Assembly: GCA_963676945.1 (NCBI GenBank)
Contig: OY781471.1
Span: 2,214,482-2,238,481, forward strand
Length of the DNA stretch: 24,000 bases
Source of the DNA: Tissierellales bacterium
GTDB lineage: Bacteria; Bacillota; Clostridia; Tissierellales; GPF-1
Reading direction: 5' to 3'
The number at the start of each line of letters is the position of its first letter. Position 1 is the stretch's first letter. The translations under genes and the position numbers were made by a program. Below are positions 22,282 through 24,000 of the stretch, in pieces. The notes beneath the pieces are model-generated. The model had not been told where the DNA came from, made no database searches, and worked only from the letters and a program-made list of their open reading frames with translations.

Positions 22282-24000
22282 ATGATTCGAAACGAAGCGA
22301 TTGATCAGGCGATGCGTGTGAAACTCGAGGACGTATTTGAGGTCTTGCCCGAAGCGCCCATTTTTGACGATTCCAAGCGACGTGCACCCAAAAGGGCATT
22401 TACACTGACCGAGGACGAAACGGTATTGGCCCTGCAAAATGCCCTTCGGTATCTGCCGGAAAAATGGCACAAAGAAATGGCACCGGAGTTTTTAGAGGAG
22501 TTGCGTACCCATGGACGGATTTATGGGTACCGATTCCGTCCCCAAGGCGCCATCAAGGGAAGAGCCATTTCCGCCTACAAGGGAAAGACCCAGGCGGGCA
22601 AGGCTGTTCAGGTGATGATTGACAATAACCTGGACTTTGACATTGCCCTTTATCCCTATGAATTGGTCACCTACGGGGAAACCGGCCAAGTCTGCCAGAA
22701 CTGGATGCAGTACCAGATTATCAAGCGATATCTGGAAGAGATGAAAGAAGACCAGACCTTGGTTGTTGCCTCCGGTCATCCGGTGGGCCTCTTCCATTCC
22801 GACGCCCATGCGCCACGGGTGATTCTGACCAACGCCTTGATGATCGGCATGTATGATGATCAGGAAAACTGGAATCGGGCCATGCAGCTTGGGGTTGCCA
22901 ACTATGGACAGATGACGGCAGGCGGATGGATGTATATCGGTCCGCAGGGCATCGTTCACGGGACCTATTCCACGCTTCTCAATGCCGCACGCCAGCGAGA
23001 CGACCGATCGGCAGACGCGGATTGCAGGGGATTGCTCTTTGTTTCCAGCGGTTTGGGCGGGATGTCCGGCGCGCAGGCGAAATCGGTCGAGATTGCCAAT
23101 GGAGTCGGCATTGTCGCTGAAGTGGATGAATCGCGGATTGTCACCCGCCATGAACAAGGCTGGGTTTCCGAAGTAGCCGAGACGCCGGAAGAGGCTTTTG
23201 CAAAAGCGGAAGTGGCCAAGCGGAACGAAGAAGCCTTGTCCATTGCCTACCATGGAAATATTGTGGATCTTTTGGAACATGCCGTGGAAAACGATATCAC
23301 CATTGACCTTTTGTCCGATCAGACCAGCTGCCATGCAGTCTATGACGGCGGATACTGCCCGGCAGGCGTTAGCTTTGAGGAGCGAACACGGCTGCTGGCG
23401 GAAGAGAAGGACCGGTTTGTAGGCCTGGTTGACGAAACCCTGCAGCGCCATTACCGAGCCATCAAGGCATTGTGCGACAAGGGAACCTACTTTTTCGACT
23501 ACGGAAACAGCTTCCTGAAAGCGGTCTTTGATGCCGGGGTTCCGGAAGTCTGCAAAAACGGGATCGACCCGATTGACGGTTTTGTTTATCCTTCCTATGT
23601 GGAAGACCTGATGGGACCCTTGTTCTTCGATTATGGCTATGGTCCCTTCCGCTGGGTATGCCTGTCCGGCGATTCAGAAGACCTGGACAAGACAGACCAG
23701 GCAGCCATGGACTGCATTGATCCGGAGCGCAGGTTCCAAGATCGGGACAATTACAATTGGATTCGGGATGCCAAGAAGAATGCCTTGGTTGTGGGCACGC
23801 AGGCGCGTATTCTCTACCAAGACGCCTTGGGCCGCATGAAAATCGCCTTGAAATTCAATGAGATGGTGCGACAGGGAACCATCGGTCCGGTGATGCTGGG
23901 CCGCGACCATCACGATACCGGCGGAACAGATTCGCCTTTCCGTGAGACCTCCAATATCAAGGACGGCAGCAACATCATGGCTGAGATGGCGACCCATTGC
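22282..24000 (+). CDS. hutU: urocanate hydratase (long form), 5' partial; runs off the window end
   Basis: This ORF is not in the supplied track. ATG at 22282 follows AAAGGGGGA by 4 nt, and the frame stays open for 573 codons to position 24000. Motifs: YGETGQV.QNW, ASGHPVGLF, MTAGGWMYIGPQGIVHGT, SGLGGMSGAQ, RDHHDTGGTDSPFRETSNI. Confidence 0.93.
   Translation, partial: MIRNEAIDQAMRVKLEDVFEVLPEAPIFDDSKRRAPKRAFTLTEDETVLALQNALRYLPEKWHKEMAPEFLEELRTHGRIYGYRFRPQGAIKGRAISAYKGKTQAGKAVQVMIDNNLDFDIALYPYELVTYGETGQVCQNWMQYQIIKRYLEEMKEDQTLVVASGHPVGLFHSDAHAPRVILTNALMIGMYDDQENWNRAMQLGVANYGQMTAGGWMYIGPQGIVHGTYSTLLNAARQRDDRSADADCRGLLFVSSGLGGMSGAQAKSVEIANGVGIVAEVDESRIVTRHEQGWVSEVAETPEEAFAKAEVAKRNEEALSIAYHGNIVDLLEHAVENDITIDLLSDQTSCHAVYDGGYCPAGVSFEERTRLLAEEKDRFVGLVDETLQRHYRAIKALCDKGTYFFDYGNSFLKAVFDAGVPEVCKNGIDPIDGFVYPSYVEDLMGPLFFDYGYGPFRWVCLSGDSEDLDKTDQAAMDCIDPERRFQDRDNYNWIRDAKKNALVVGTQARILYQDALGRMKIALKFNEMVRQGTIGPVMLGRDHHDTGGTDSPFRETSNIKDGSNIMAEMATHC

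Noticed and set aside
1-24000. Searched for CRISPR arrays, transposases or integrases, terminal inverted repeats, tRNA/rRNA genes and prophage modules.
   Set aside because: None found. All long ORFs are accounted for by housekeeping or transport functions, and the only repeats seen are terminator stems and the short tandem 13-mers at 12908-12935.

Overview
This looks like a chromosomal core region of a Bacillota (Clostridia-like) genome. That guess rests on RecU, lipobox lipoproteins, AGGAGG-type RBSs and a long-form urocanase. It is gene-dense and mostly housekeeping. I found no transposase, integrase, CRISPR array, tRNA or rRNA. Gene order: tail of an unknown gene; radical SAM enzyme (+); recU and rnhB (-, ATGA-overlapped); small acidic ORF and MATE exporter (+); a two-gene MotA/ExbB-like plus MotB/OmpA-like operon (-); a Cof-type HAD phosphatase fused to a DUF1893/TM1506-like domain (+); lipoprotein RND adaptor, RND permease and plsC (+); a roughly 400 nt intergenic region holding a self-contained promoter-to-terminator unit (candidate sRNA); a five-gene family-5 peptide/nickel ABC importer (+); ybaK; class II fba; fhs; and the 5' 573 codons of hutU, which run off the window end (this ORF is absent from the supplied track). 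The most unusual item is the orphan stator-like pair at 4447-6364. It has a conserved channel Asp, a roughly 130 aa helical tail on the MotA-like subunit and a roughly 90 aa coiled-coil spacer on the MotB-like subunit. It has no flagellar, Tol/Ton or Zorya partner genes nearby. Other points worth a second look are the HAD-DUF1893 fusion and the candidate sRNA with a CCCCC loop, which sits next to genes whose Shine-Dalgarno sites contain GGGGG. All functional calls come from reading motifs by eye; no database search was run.
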